64,000 nt of DNA from a virus: the IMG/VR virus record IMGVR_UViG_3300028822_000274, positions 1 to 64,000 of that record, one strand, 5' to 3'. The notes under the pieces were generated by a model. It saw only the letters and a program-made list of their open reading frames with translations. It did no database searches and was not told the DNA's origin. Shown piece after piece: positions 36,818-47,024 of the stretch. Position 1 is the stretch's first letter. Each line of letters begins with the position of its first letter. A program made the translations under genes and the position numbers.

Positions 36818-37517
36818 CCCGGAATTCAGGGATCGTTTTTCTGGTCGGTATTTCGGAAAATACCGTGCTTACGTGACCGACATTGATGACCCAAAACAGT
36901 TGGGTAGGGTCAAAGCTAAGGTCCCTGAAGTCCTCGGGGATGACGAGGAGATAGGGTGGGCTTTGCCTGCTCCCGTGACTGGCGGTGCTCCGAATGTCGG
37001 TGATATGTGGATTCCGAATGTCGGCAATTTCGTGTGGATCGAATTTGAGTCTGGGAGTCCTGAATATCCTGTTTGGTCGCCTGGTCCTTGGGCGATACGT
37101 GATGGCGGAAGCATGACCCCTAAGCATTCTCGCGGCGAAAAAGATCTGACGGATTATTCTGTTCGCGAAGCTGGGAATGCTCCTCCCTCCCAATTTTCTG
37201 GCTCTTATACTCGCGTTCGTTCCATCCAGAGTGACGATGGTTCTTTTTTGGAGTTTGACGCTACGTCGGGGCAGGAAAGGGTTCAATTATCACATCGATC
37301 TGGCTCAAGACTTGAGTTCACGGCAGATGGTGGTGTCCAGGAAGTAGGTATTGCCGGTGTCAGGAAGATGGTAACCGGTAACTACAACCTACAAGCTGGT
37401 TCAGAAGAGCGTCTCATACTCGGCGAGAAGAATCTTAGGGTTGAGGGTATAACGAGCGAGGAATATGTCGGCAATAACGAGCGAGGAATATGTCGGCAAT
37501 GTGTCGAGGGCATATAA
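36807..37517 (+). CDS. Baseplate spike (gpV/gp5 OB-fold), N-terminal part; frameshifted
   Basis: YFGKYRAYV..DDP..LGRVKAKVP...WALP...P.VG..VWIEFESG.P.YPVW; the frame is broken at the 25-bp duplication. Confidence 0.85.
   Translation: MMFNPEFRDRFSGRYFGKYRAYVTDIDDPKQLGRVKAKVPEVLGDDEEIGWALPAPVTGGAPNVGDMWIPNVGNFVWIEFESGSPEYPVWSPGPWAIRDGGSMTPKHSRGEKDLTDYSVREAGNAPPSQFSGSYTRVRSIQSDDGSFLEFDATSGQERVQLSHRSGSRLEFTADGGVQEVGIAGVRKMVTGNYNLQAGSEERLILGEKNLRVEGITSEEYVGNNERGICRQCVEGI
37449..37498 (+). repeat. Perfect 25-bp tandem duplication
   Basis: ATAACGAGCGAGGAATATGTCGGCA at 37449-37473 and 37474-37498. Confidence 0.95.
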
Positions 37518-38178
37518 TGCTGTGTCTGAGGCAGGGAGCAGTTATTCGTCCTCCTGGGAGGGATCACATGAGGTATCTTGTGACGGCGGTTATTCTGTTG
37601 GATCTGCTGGAAATGGTTCGCTGTCTTTTGCTGGCCAGCTTGCTGTTTTCACTGGTTCGAATGTTCAGTTAACGGCTCTCGAATCGATAGATATGATCGC
37701 TTCTGCTGCCACGACAGGGGAAGTCCCTCGCGGACCTCTGGCACTTCCGGCGATGACTTTGCATGGATTCAATGGTCTTGTGAGTCTTAAGGCGACTGAT
37801 GTGACTGGGCTGGCCAAGGTCTGTTCACTCGAACACAATCCTACGACACTGGGGACAGCATCATCGACGTGGCAGGTTGCGCTTGGCGCTGTTCCGAGCG
37901 GGAAAATAGAGCTGGTGGACACACCCGCTACTCCAGCCACACCGAACGTGATGCTGGGGTCTGGAGCACTGAAACAACCTGTGCCAATGGGCGACAACGT
38001 GGTTCAGCTTATATCAAATATTTGGACGTTTTTATTGACTCACACGCACCCATCAGGTGTTGGGCCTACAGGTCCGTCTGCTGAATTGGCGGCTGCTTCA
38101 CCAACGATAGATCCTGTTCTTTCTGCTCCAGCGGGTTCTCCGAATGCTCTCAAATCCATGTACACGGTTACATCATGA
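37465..38178 (+). CDS. Baseplate spike, C-terminal part
   Basis: Continues the spike after the duplication; ends with the metal-binding HTH motif (THTHPSGVGPTGP). Confidence 0.75.
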   Translation: MSAITSEEYVGNVSRAYNAVSEAGSSYSSSWEGSHEVSCDGGYSVGSAGNGSLSFAGQLAVFTGSNVQLTALESIDMIASAATTGEVPRGPLALPAMTLHGFNGLVSLKATDVTGLAKVCSLEHNPTTLGTASSTWQVALGAVPSGKIELVDTPATPATPNVMLGSGALKQPVPMGDNVVQLISNIWTFLLTHTHPSGVGPTGPSAELAAASPTIDPVLSAPAGSPNALKSMYTVTS

Positions 38179-38681
38179 GTATGATAGCCGCCAGACCGAT
38201 ATTCATCTCGAATCTCGTTAGACTGTGGGAGGTAACAAAGCCCGACAGCTATGTGGACACCTGCGATGAGATAGAAGATTTTTGGACGAATGCTCGTGTT
38301 ACTGGTTTCGAGGCAGCGGCAGGTCCAGTGTTTGTACCCCAGGTCACGTATACGCCTATGGCTGTGCTGTCTGTTCCTGGTGGCACTGCAGCTGGAGCGG
38401 CCGGGCAGATTGAAAATGCGTTGACGATGTTGTGTATTTCTTCCGTCTTCACTGTCATCCCTCCATCAGTTTCTACGCCTCCGCCAGTACCTATTCCAGG
38501 TGGACCAGCCACACCAGGGCTTTTGACAACGAATTTGACCTCGATTTTTATTTCTGGGGCGCAAGGGTCTATTGCGAGTCCTGCTAATTCTGCGGCAAAA
38601 GCCATCGCGAATTTTTTGAGTGGGTGGCAAATTGTAGTTGCCGTTCCTCCAGCAGCCGGTTCTCCGGTACCGATAATTTGA
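38175..38681 (+). CDS. Pro/Ala-rich hypothetical baseplate or spike-tip protein
   Basis: Coupled to the spike gene. Confidence 0.55.
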   Translation: MSMIAARPIFISNLVRLWEVTKPDSYVDTCDEIEDFWTNARVTGFEAAAGPVFVPQVTYTPMAVLSVPGGTAAGAAGQIENALTMLCISSVFTVIPPSVSTPPPVPIPGGPATPGLLTTNLTSIFISGAQGSIASPANSAAKAIANFLSGWQIVVAVPPAAGSPVPII

Positions 38682-38686
38682 TCGCC

Positions 38687-39004
38687 ATGGTTTGGGATTT
38701 AACAAAAAAACACGCAGAAAAACACGATTTGGCCTCTTGCGATCCTGCTGCTATTCAGAAATGGAAAGAAGATCTTCTTCCTAAAATAAAAGAAGCAACA
38801 AAAAACACTGATATTAAGCAAAAGCTTGAGGCCTTATCAGAAGCTTGTTTTTTGTTTTCATCGCAAATGGCGTATGATTCTGCTATGAAAACACGTGCTC
38901 TTGTAACAGTGATGAAGCATAGACACGGGTTGACAGACGAGGAGATAGAAAAATGCCTAACTGGATCAGCTTCGACCCTTCGGATCTCTACCCGCAAGAA
39001 ATAG
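38687..39004 (+). CDS. Hypothetical protein
   Basis: ORF within the baseplate operon. Confidence 0.5.
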   Translation: MVWDLTKKHAEKHDLASCDPAAIQKWKEDLLPKIKEATKNTDIKQKLEALSEACFLFSSQMAYDSAMKTRALVTVMKHRHGLTDEEIEKCLTGSASTLRISTRKK

Positions 39005-39912
39005 ATGACGCGTTAGGCGGATTCAGTACAGTAGTAAGCACGTTATCTTCTGCGCTGGATACTCTTGGGGACATAATTGATGTAATATCTGCTTTTGCTG
39101 GCGGAATTGATGACATAAATGCAGCGATAATAGAAGCGGTCCAGGATTTGATTGTGAGTATCACTCAACAATTGACACAGACCGGCGTTTTTCAGCTTTT
39201 TCATACATCTCCTTCTGTTTCTTACACTCTCCCACCAAGACAGTGGCTTGCCGATGTTGCTGCGTCTCTCACCGATAGGATGGACGAGAGAAGGCCTATA
39301 TTGGTTGATGAAAGCGCTTATGTCGGGGCTGTTGTGGTATTGGCTACATCAGAAAATTTAAAAGATTTATTTACTGATTATTACAACCTCTCACAGTTGT
39401 TCCAGAGAAGGATTGCTAGACTTTCCCAAATAAATAATTGGCCTGTTGTCGGCCAGGAGTTTACTGTTGAGGAAGGTGTGGGTAGGGAACCAAATTGGAA
39501 TTCAAAAAAGGTTGTCGATATAATACCGAGGCTCGGCGAAATAACAGAAAAGATGCTCGGGTTTGCTAATTCGATCTCAGGGCCAGCGTCCTCGTCTGAT
39601 CTTTATGGAAACTTTGCTGACATGTTGTCTGCAAAAGCTTCCTATCTCACAAACTTTGTTTCTGACATAGAAGATATACTCAATGCAATCTCTATCGTGT
39701 TGAATTTTGATGGGGCTTACGTTCTTCCAATTTACGGTCAAGGAGATGCAGACTGGCTAAAAACACAGTTATTAAATTCTAGTGGTGGCCCACTTGACGC
39801 TGAAGATGCTAATTACTCTATGGGAGCAATGCTTTTATCGACAGGAGCAACGACAACACCTGCGGATACGTTGTTTTCGTTGTTTGGTTTGGCCACGGAG
39901 GTGACGCCATGA
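38953..39912 (+). CDS. Hypothetical baseplate-region protein
   Basis: GAGGAG RBS; 319-aa helical protein. Confidence 0.7.
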   Translation: MPNWISFDPSDLYPQEIDDALGGFSTVVSTLSSALDTLGDIIDVISAFAGGIDDINAAIIEAVQDLIVSITQQLTQTGVFQLFHTSPSVSYTLPPRQWLADVAASLTDRMDERRPILVDESAYVGAVVVLATSENLKDLFTDYYNLSQLFQRRIARLSQINNWPVVGQEFTVEEGVGREPNWNSKKVVDIIPRLGEITEKMLGFANSISGPASSSDLYGNFADMLSAKASYLTNFVSDIEDILNAISIVLNFDGAYVLPIYGQGDADWLKTQLLNSSGGPLDAEDANYSMGAMLLSTGATTTPADTLFSLFGLATEVTP

Positions 39913-40286
39913 CAATTTATCCGAGCGGGATAAAATTTCCATTCACTTTTGTTAGTGCGGGTGGAGTAGGAAAAGCAGATAATGGAGACAAAGTTCTTGC
40001 TAATTTAAAAGCACTAATTTTGTCTAAAATAAATGAACGTCTCATAAGAAAGAGTGTTGGGACGATAGGTTATTCACGTGTTTTCAAATCAGCTCATGCG
40101 ACGACATTAGAACCTGTAAAACATTTGATTAGGCAGGCAATAGTGAAGTTTGAGCCAAGAGCTGTTGGGGTAACAATCGACTTTAGGTCACAAGATGATA
40201 GAGCTGGCTCTAAGGTCATAGCAGATGTGGCTTTCATTTTTAAAAACACAGGGGAACCTGTTAAGATGAGTTTGGAACTGGATTAG
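39909..40286 (+). CDS. Baseplate wedge / sheath initiator (GPW/gp25 family)
   Basis: GIKFPF...NERL...IRQAIVKFEPR. Confidence 0.85.
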   Translation: MTIYPSGIKFPFTFVSAGGVGKADNGDKVLANLKALILSKINERLIRKSVGTIGYSRVFKSAHATTLEPVKHLIRQAIVKFEPRAVGVTIDFRSQDDRAGSKVIADVAFIFKNTGEPVKMSLELD

Positions 40287-40294
40287 GAGGACAC

Positions 40295-42058
40295 ATGCCA
40301 GTCGTTACGACTCTCTCCGGAGAAACAATTTCAGTTGATTTGGAGACTCGAGATTTTGAAGGTTTTCGATCTGACGTCTTGGATTCAGGTGGCCTCGCTG
40401 ATACGTATGCTCCTGACTGGACAGACAGGTCTGAGCTTGACCTCGGTGTCGCTCTTGTTGAGTCTTTTGCTTTCATGGCTGATAACCTGGCGTATTACCA
40501 GGACCGCTGGGCGAATGAAGCTCTTTTCCCATCTGCTGTTCAGAGAAGATCGATTATCGAGCACTGCAAGCTCATAGGATATGAGTTGCGCCCTGCGGTG
40601 AGTGCGAGAGTAGAGCTGACGTTCATCGCAAGCGGAGCTGGCACTGTTCCAGCCGGAACGAAAGTTCTCGTAGATACTTCCGATGGTTCAAGCCCAGCCA
40701 CGTTTGAGCTTGTCTCTGATTTCGTCTCAGCAGGTGCCGGTACTACGACTGGTGTCATTGCCTACGAAGGAAGCTCTGTCGATGAGGTCATCGGTTCGAG
40801 TGATGGTTCTCCGGATCAGTCGTTCGAGCTGTCGAGCACTCCACTCGCTTTGAATCCAGATGGATCTTCGAGCCTGGAAGTGACTGTTACAGTCGGAGCT
40901 GTCGACCAGGTATGGACCGAGGTTGACAATTTTTTGGAATCAGATTTTACAAATCAGCATTTCCGCACAGAAATAGACGAGAATGACACTGTCACTGTGA
41001 TTTTTGGTGATGGTGTCAACGGTGCGATCCCGTCGAGCGGGGTGGACAACATATCAGCAAATTATCGTGTTGGCGGCGGTATTTCTGGAAACCAGATTGC
41101 CCCTGATAAGCTGACTCGACTTGTTGGCTCATTTGCTTTTGTTACGTCAGTGACGAACCCTGCGGCTCCTACAGGTGGCATCGATAGGGAAACGATAGCG
41201 CAGGCAAAGGTAAACGCTCCTTTGAGCCTTAAAGCCATGAATAGGGCTGTGACGCACGACGATTACAAAGCTATCGCTCTCCAGGTACCTGGTGTGCTTC
41301 ATGCGTTTGCTTATCGTGGTGCCGGTAGTTTTGAGGAACGTGTTGTGATCGCAGGTGGCGGGTCGGATCCTGTTCCTGCTGGAACATGGGATCCTTACAC
41401 AGAGACTGGCACCGACTTGATAGGGGCTGTCGGCGAGTATCTCAGCGCAAGAAAAACGACACCTGTAGTGCTCTACGTTGATCCTGTTCGCGTTGTAGAT
41501 GTGCGGCTGATTGTGAACACATATTTGTACAGCAACACGAGACAGTCAGATGCACTGAGGGTTATCGACGATGCGATAACTGATTTGTTTGCTACGGAAA
41601 ACCAAGTCCTCGGGCAGCAGGTTCCTCTTTCCAGGGTTCATGAAGTAATAGAAGGGCTCACTGGGATTGATTACGTTAATGTCCTTCAGATGCAGCGTGT
41701 ACCGAATCCCAGAAAATTGCCGTTTGGTAGCTCCACTGATGTTTCGATTGGTGATTTTATCGTCGGTCCAGATACATTAGATGAAACGTATACTCTGTCA
41801 TTTCTGACTTCCACAACATTTGAGGTTGTAGGCGCTGCAACAGGGTTTCAAGGAACCGGGATTGTCGGTTCGGCTTTTACTACTTCAGATGGTACTTTAA
41901 CCTTTACTGTTACAGCTGGCGCTATAGCTCCTTCAAACACAGACAGGTTTGAAATAGTTACTGGCCCATACGTTGGGAACATAAATCCAGCCGACGACGA
42001 GATGGTCAGTCTTTATAACGATACTTTCCAGAGTGTAGTGTATGGCGGTATAGTCTAA
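40295..42058 (+). CDS. Baseplate J-like protein (Afp11/Pvc11-type)
   Basis: RDFE...PDWTDRSELDLGVALVE.FA...YYQD..ANE, FGDGVNGAIP, YRVGGG..GN, RAVTHDDY. Confidence 0.9.
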   Translation: MPVVTTLSGETISVDLETRDFEGFRSDVLDSGGLADTYAPDWTDRSELDLGVALVESFAFMADNLAYYQDRWANEALFPSAVQRRSIIEHCKLIGYELRPAVSARVELTFIASGAGTVPAGTKVLVDTSDGSSPATFELVSDFVSAGAGTTTGVIAYEGSSVDEVIGSSDGSPDQSFELSSTPLALNPDGSSSLEVTVTVGAVDQVWTEVDNFLESDFTNQHFRTEIDENDTVTVIFGDGVNGAIPSSGVDNISANYRVGGGISGNQIAPDKLTRLVGSFAFVTSVTNPAAPTGGIDRETIAQAKVNAPLSLKAMNRAVTHDDYKAIALQVPGVLHAFAYRGAGSFEERVVIAGGGSDPVPAGTWDPYTETGTDLIGAVGEYLSARKTTPVVLYVDPVRVVDVRLIVNTYLYSNTRQSDALRVIDDAITDLFATENQVLGQQVPLSRVHEVIEGLTGIDYVNVLQMQRVPNPRKLPFGSSTDVSIGDFIVGPDTLDETYTLSFLTSTTFEVVGAATGFQGTGIVGSAFTTSDGTLTFTVTAGAIAPSNTDRFEIVTGPYVGNINPADDEMVSLYNDTFQSVVYGGIV

Positions 42059-42103
42059 ACCAATGTGCTGCTCTGAGTAACGCGAAATTGTGAGGAGAGA
42101 GAA

Positions 42104-42916
42104 ATGGCGAGTAAAAATTATGGTCAAATTGGCGTTGGTTCTCCGATAGAACTAGGGAAGGGCGGCGCAAAAGTCAAAAATAACTCGGGGGTCGTAGAGG
42201 CGAGGAATAACGCCGACGACGATTTTGCTGTTGTCCGCGCAGCTTCCCCCCTTGGCGATGATGATGTGGCGACCAAGGCATGGGTTGAACGGAGATATGG
42301 CGTCGCTATATCTGGTCAGATTGACGGTGGTGCCCCCCCTGCTGCCGGTACCCCGGGCAGAATATTCCTCTGCACCACAGCGGGTGGGTCATACACTCTC
42401 AATTATCTGTATCGTGATGATGGCGCTTCCTGGAATGAGATCGTTCCTGTTGAGGGTATGACCATCGGTGTTACCGATGCTTTATCCGGAGGAACAGTCG
42501 AGTTCCAGGCCGATCACGTTTACATTTGGGACCTCGACGCGACTCAATGGGATGACGTTGGTCCGGGTTCATCAGGCACAGTCGCGCAAAAAGTCGAAGA
42601 GCGAGCTGTTCAAGTAGAATACACAGACACGACAATTAATATTGGCGGGACCGTCCCTGCGAACGCTACTGTCTTGAGGGCAAGGGTGTCGGTGTCCCAG
42701 GCATTCGATGGTGTTACACCGACAATCATAATAGGTGATGCTGTTGATGATGATCGTATCATGAAAGCAACTGAGAATGATCCTGAAACGACTGGCTTGT
42801 ATGTTGTTGATGCTCATTACAAATATGGTGGGAGTACTCAGCTTGTTGCTGAAGTGACTACCAGCGGTGCATCTCAAGGCATAGCAACCGTTATCGTGGA
42901 ATTTGCAAATACTTGA
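42104..42916 (+). CDS. Putative tail fibre/virion structural protein
   Basis: DDVATKAWV fibre motif; C-terminal beta domain. Confidence 0.6.
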   Translation: MASKNYGQIGVGSPIELGKGGAKVKNNSGVVEARNNADDDFAVVRAASPLGDDDVATKAWVERRYGVAISGQIDGGAPPAAGTPGRIFLCTTAGGSYTLNYLYRDDGASWNEIVPVEGMTIGVTDALSGGTVEFQADHVYIWDLDATQWDDVGPGSSGTVAQKVEERAVQVEYTDTTINIGGTVPANATVLRARVSVSQAFDGVTPTIIIGDAVDDDRIMKATENDPETTGLYVVDAHYKYGGSTQLVAEVTTSGASQGIATVIVEFANT

Positions 42917-42932
42917 TAGATAGAGGAGTGCC

Positions 42933-45900
42933 ATGAGCGTTTTCAGCAATTTACGCGGTGTCCTGTCAACTGCTTTTTCTCTCGGCAAAACAGATAAGAT
43001 CGAGATAGAAAACAGTTCTGGAGACTTTGTTTTAAAAACAGCAGGCTCAGAACGTGCTCGTCTAAATTCCAGTGGTGTGACAGTTACTGGTGATTCGGAT
43101 TTGTCAGCAGGGTCTGTATATAAAATAAATGGCACACAACTTGACGGTGGCGATGTAGGGCTCGGAAACGTCACCAATGACGCACAGCTAAAAAGAGCAG
43201 CAGGAGACATAAATACTTTCACGGAAAAAGGTACTCCTGTTGCTGCTGATCTCCTTCTCGTAGAAGATAGTGCTGACAGCAACAACAAAAAGAAAGTACA
43301 GATAGACAATCTTCCTGCGAGCGGATCAAAACCTATCGTTCAGACTCTGAAAGTCGGACAGGCTGGATCGGATGTAGATTACAACTCGATCAAAGACGCA
43401 GTTGATGCAGCTGTTGCAGGAGGAGCCTCTGGATCTGCCCCGTGGAGAATCGACGTGTACCCTGGAGCATACGTCGAAGACCCGATGACGGTTCCTCTTG
43501 GGGTTAATATCATATCAACAGATCAACGGGTAGACACTGTATTCGTAGTAGCTTCTGATCCCACAAATGACCTATTTACTCTTGCCGGTGGGTACATTTG
43601 TGGCCTGAATATGTCTGGAGTCACCTCTACTGGGAAGGCTCTCGTAACAGCTTCTACGGCAGGGTCCCTGAACGTCCTTCACGGAGTTTCTTTCAACAAC
43701 TGCTATTATGGAATCCACGTATCAGGCGGGGCTACGATGATTTGCACCAACGTATCCTGTTTGATCGCAAGCGCTGGCGTATCAGTTGACACAGGGATTC
43801 GTGTTACTGGGACAAGCTCTTTCTTGCTTATGTCTGGTTGTTTTTTCAGTGTACCATCAGCAGTTCTTCCTGCATATGCTTCGAATCCGATTGAAACTGC
43901 AGTTTGTATAGAAGATGCAGCTGATGCTTTTATATTAGGTGGGGTTTTTCAGGTTTCCCCTAAAAATTCTGACGCGAATGCTATTCTTGTTGATTCTGCG
44001 GCTACTTGTTTTGTGTCGAGCGGCGTTTTTGCAGGTTGCGGCAATGCAATCCATATAGGGTCGTCTGGTTCGAATACTTCTGTTGTTTCCCAGGGCAGTT
44101 CTTTCAAAGACAATTCTCTGAACACTCTCATTGATAGCAGCACAGGTACTATTTTCTGTAACGAGACTGTTGATCTTGTCCAGGATTCCCTTGTTTCAGG
44201 AGCAAAAAAACTGGGTGTAGCCCAGATTCGAGATGACGAACGAGTAGACCTCTTAGGTGATGTTCAGTACAAATTCGTAGAAACGGATAGACGAGCTGGG
44301 CTCGGTGTTTTCTTCAATGAGATGGGTGCTTCCGGTGTGTCCTCAGGTGGCATCGTGTCCATAAATTCAGGCCTCGATGTAGACGTTTCCGCTGGTACAG
44401 GATGGGTTAGGCGCAGGTCGACCTACAACGATTTGGCGTCTGTTGTCTGGAACGACGTCATAGCGCTGACGTTGACGGCAAGCAACACAAACTACGTTTA
44501 TTACAACGAGACTTCTGGTGCTGTTACAGCTTCTGTTACTCCTCCTGGGTATTCAGATTCAATTTTGTTGGCTACTGTTGTCACCGATGGATCTGGGGTT
44601 CGGTACATTCATCAAACAAGGAACTATGTAGACTCTCCTGCTGAGCAGCTGAGGGATTATCTCCTGGCTACAAGAAAGATTGCTTTGAATAGTGGTCTGG
44701 CTGTAGACGCCGGGACGACTTCGCTGAAGTTCGACGTTACGGTTGGTTCCTACTACCTGGGTCTTGACCTTATCTCGTTCGCCGGTGCTGCTGATGCCAC
44801 GTTCTCATATTTTTACGGGACAAATGGGGCGAACGAGGTCTCGTCTCAAACTGAGATCGACGACGAATACTACGACAACGCAGGTACACTGACACTCCTT
44901 ACGGCTGGGTATTTCAAGGCCGATACAGTTGTCTTGACCAGCGATGGCAGAATCAGCGTCATCTATGGCACCGAGGAATTCGCGACTCAGGAAGAAGCAG
45001 AGTCGGCGGCTGTAGCGAATACCCCTACTTTCATCGAGCACTCAGCTATTCAGTTGGCAAATATCGTCGTCGAAGACGGTGCTGGCATAGCATCTTTCGT
45101 CGACATCAGGCCTCAGCCTGGCGCTATTACAGGTGGTGGTGGAGCTGCTGGAGTCAGCAACCACGGTCTTCTCTCTGGTCTTGCTGATGACGACCATGTT
45201 CAATATCTGCTGTCTTCTGGTTCGAGGGCCATGTCAGGTTCTCTTGATATGGGCGGGAACAACATCACGAACGTTGCGAACGTAGATGGTGTCGATGTCT
45301 CAAGCCACGCTTCACGTCATGATCCTGGAGGAGCTGACTCACTCACAACTGGTACTCCCGTAACAACTCTGGTGGATGGCGCAGCGGCAGAAGGGTCTGC
45401 TGCGAGTTATGCCAGGAGCGATCACCAACACGGAATAGCGAGTGGCGTTCCCTCTTCTGTGGGAACCTCCAATTCTGCTGGTTCAGCGAGCACTGTTGCT
45501 GCCAGTGATCACGTTCATGACCATGGCGCTCAAACAGATGGGACTTTACATGCTGCAGCCACAACTGGGGTCAATGGCTTTATGTCTGCAGCAGACAAAA
45601 CAAAGCTTGATAATGCCACGGCAACACCAACGGCAGACAGGCTTGTCATTGCGGACGGATTCGGCACAGTTGATGATTGGATAACGAGTGGTGATTTAAC
45701 AGAAGCAGTCTCGTCTGTACTCACCATAAATAATGGTTCTGGGGCAGTTCTTGGCTCAGGCACGTCTATCCAAATTGCACAGGCTGGTGCAGGTCAAAGT
45801 GGCTATTTAACTTCTGTTGATTGGAATACATTTAATGATAAAATTGACGGTGGCGTTAATGTTGGCGCATTAGGTGTAGGTGTTTTCAAACAAAAAAATG

Positions 45901-47024
45901 GAACCGATCTAGAATTTTTGAACATAAATTCTGGATCGAATAAAATCACAGTTGTTGCTGATTTAAGTAACGATGAAATAGATATAGATGTAGATGAGTC
46001 TAATGTCGTCCATCAAAATCTTTCTGGGGCAGGGACAAATGATCATTCAGCCATAGACGCTCATATTGGAAACTCTAACATACACTTTACTGAAAGTTCT
46101 ATCGACCACACTAACATATCTAATATTGGGGCGAATACACACGCTCAGATTGATACACATATTGCAGACAGCACCATTCATTTCACTGAAGGGAATATTG
46201 ATCATACTGCTATTCAGAACATAGGGACAAACAGCCACGTTCAGATCGATGCTCATATTGCGAGCACAACGAACCCACACTCTGTTGACAAGACTGATGT
46301 GTCCCTCGGGAACGTCACCAACGATTCTCAGCTGAAAAGGGCGGCAAATGATTTTACAACTTTCACTGAGAAGACTTCACTCGCAGACGATGATGTAATT
46401 CTCATTGAGGACAGCGCTGACACTTACAGCAAAAAGCGGCTGAAAGCTGTAAACCTCCCGAGTGGTTCCGGTGGTGGAGGGCCTTCTACTCCAGGGACAA
46501 CGACTGATAATGCCATTGTTCGATGGGACGGGACAGACGGTTCTGCTATTCAGAACAGCGGTACAACTGTCGATGACAACGACGTCATCACTCTCAATAG
46601 CGATGGTGGTGCAGTCAAGGTTTCGACTCCAGCTAGTGATTTAAATGCAAACGGAATCATAATTTCAGGTACAGTAGACACTAACGCAACTGGTGTCGGA
46701 GCGCTGCTTTTCCTGAATACAGATGGGAACTGGGACGAAGCTCAGGCAAACTCTGCTACTACAGTTGGTCAGCTCGGCTTGGCCATGGAATCTGGTACAG
46801 GGACGAAGAAAATCCTTCTGTATGGTATTTTCAGGAAGGATGCCTGGGGTTGGTCTGTCGGACACCAAAACGGCGCTCTTTACGTGAGCGGGGCGACTGC
46901 CGGAGCCATGACGCAAACCGCCCCTAGCACTGATGGTTACCAGATTCAGAAATGCGGATACGCGATAAGCGCAGATGCGATTATGTTTGCGCCGTCGCCT
47001 GACATCGCGGAGTACGTAGCATGA
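42933..47024 (+). CDS. Long tail fibre/spike protein (1363 aa)
   Basis: Two copies of DVxLGNVTND; YNSIKDAV...PGAY beta-helix entry; His-rich repeats; DNAIVRWDG motif. Confidence 0.8.
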   Translation: MSVFSNLRGVLSTAFSLGKTDKIEIENSSGDFVLKTAGSERARLNSSGVTVTGDSDLSAGSVYKINGTQLDGGDVGLGNVTNDAQLKRAAGDINTFTEKGTPVAADLLLVEDSADSNNKKKVQIDNLPASGSKPIVQTLKVGQAGSDVDYNSIKDAVDAAVAGGASGSAPWRIDVYPGAYVEDPMTVPLGVNIISTDQRVDTVFVVASDPTNDLFTLAGGYICGLNMSGVTSTGKALVTASTAGSLNVLHGVSFNNCYYGIHVSGGATMICTNVSCLIASAGVSVDTGIRVTGTSSFLLMSGCFFSVPSAVLPAYASNPIETAVCIEDAADAFILGGVFQVSPKNSDANAILVDSAATCFVSSGVFAGCGNAIHIGSSGSNTSVVSQGSSFKDNSLNTLIDSSTGTIFCNETVDLVQDSLVSGAKKLGVAQIRDDERVDLLGDVQYKFVETDRRAGLGVFFNEMGASGVSSGGIVSINSGLDVDVSAGTGWVRRRSTYNDLASVVWNDVIALTLTASNTNYVYYNETSGAVTASVTPPGYSDSILLATVVTDGSGVRYIHQTRNYVDSPAEQLRDYLLATRKIALNSGLAVDAGTTSLKFDVTVGSYYLGLDLISFAGAADATFSYFYGTNGANEVSSQTEIDDEYYDNAGTLTLLTAGYFKADTVVLTSDGRISVIYGTEEFATQEEAESAAVANTPTFIEHSAIQLANIVVEDGAGIASFVDIRPQPGAITGGGGAAGVSNHGLLSGLADDDHVQYLLSSGSRAMSGSLDMGGNNITNVANVDGVDVSSHASRHDPGGADSLTTGTPVTTLVDGAAAEGSAASYARSDHQHGIASGVPSSVGTSNSAGSASTVAASDHVHDHGAQTDGTLHAAATTGVNGFMSAADKTKLDNATATPTADRLVIADGFGTVDDWITSGDLTEAVSSVLTINNGSGAVLGSGTSIQIAQAGAGQSGYLTSVDWNTFNDKIDGGVNVGALGVGVFKQKNGTDLEFLNINSGSNKITVVADLSNDEIDIDVDESNVVHQNLSGAGTNDHSAIDAHIGNSNIHFTESSIDHTNISNIGANTHAQIDTHIADSTIHFTEGNIDHTAIQNIGTNSHVQIDAHIASTTNPHSVDKTDVSLGNVTNDSQLKRAANDFTTFTEKTSLADDDVILIEDSADTYSKKRLKAVNLPSGSGGGGPSTPGTTTDNAIVRWDGTDGSAIQNSGTTVDDNDVITLNSDGGAVKVSTPASDLNANGIIISGTVDTNATGVGALLFLNTDGNWDEAQANSATTVGQLGLAMESGTGTKKILLYGIFRKDAWGWSVGHQNGALYVSGATAGAMTQTAPSTDGYQIQKCGYAISADAIMFAPSPDIAEYVA

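Noticed and set aside
37474-37517. Programmed ribosomal frameshift joining the two spike ORFs
   Set aside because: No slippery sequence is present, and the break is fully explained by the 25-bp duplication
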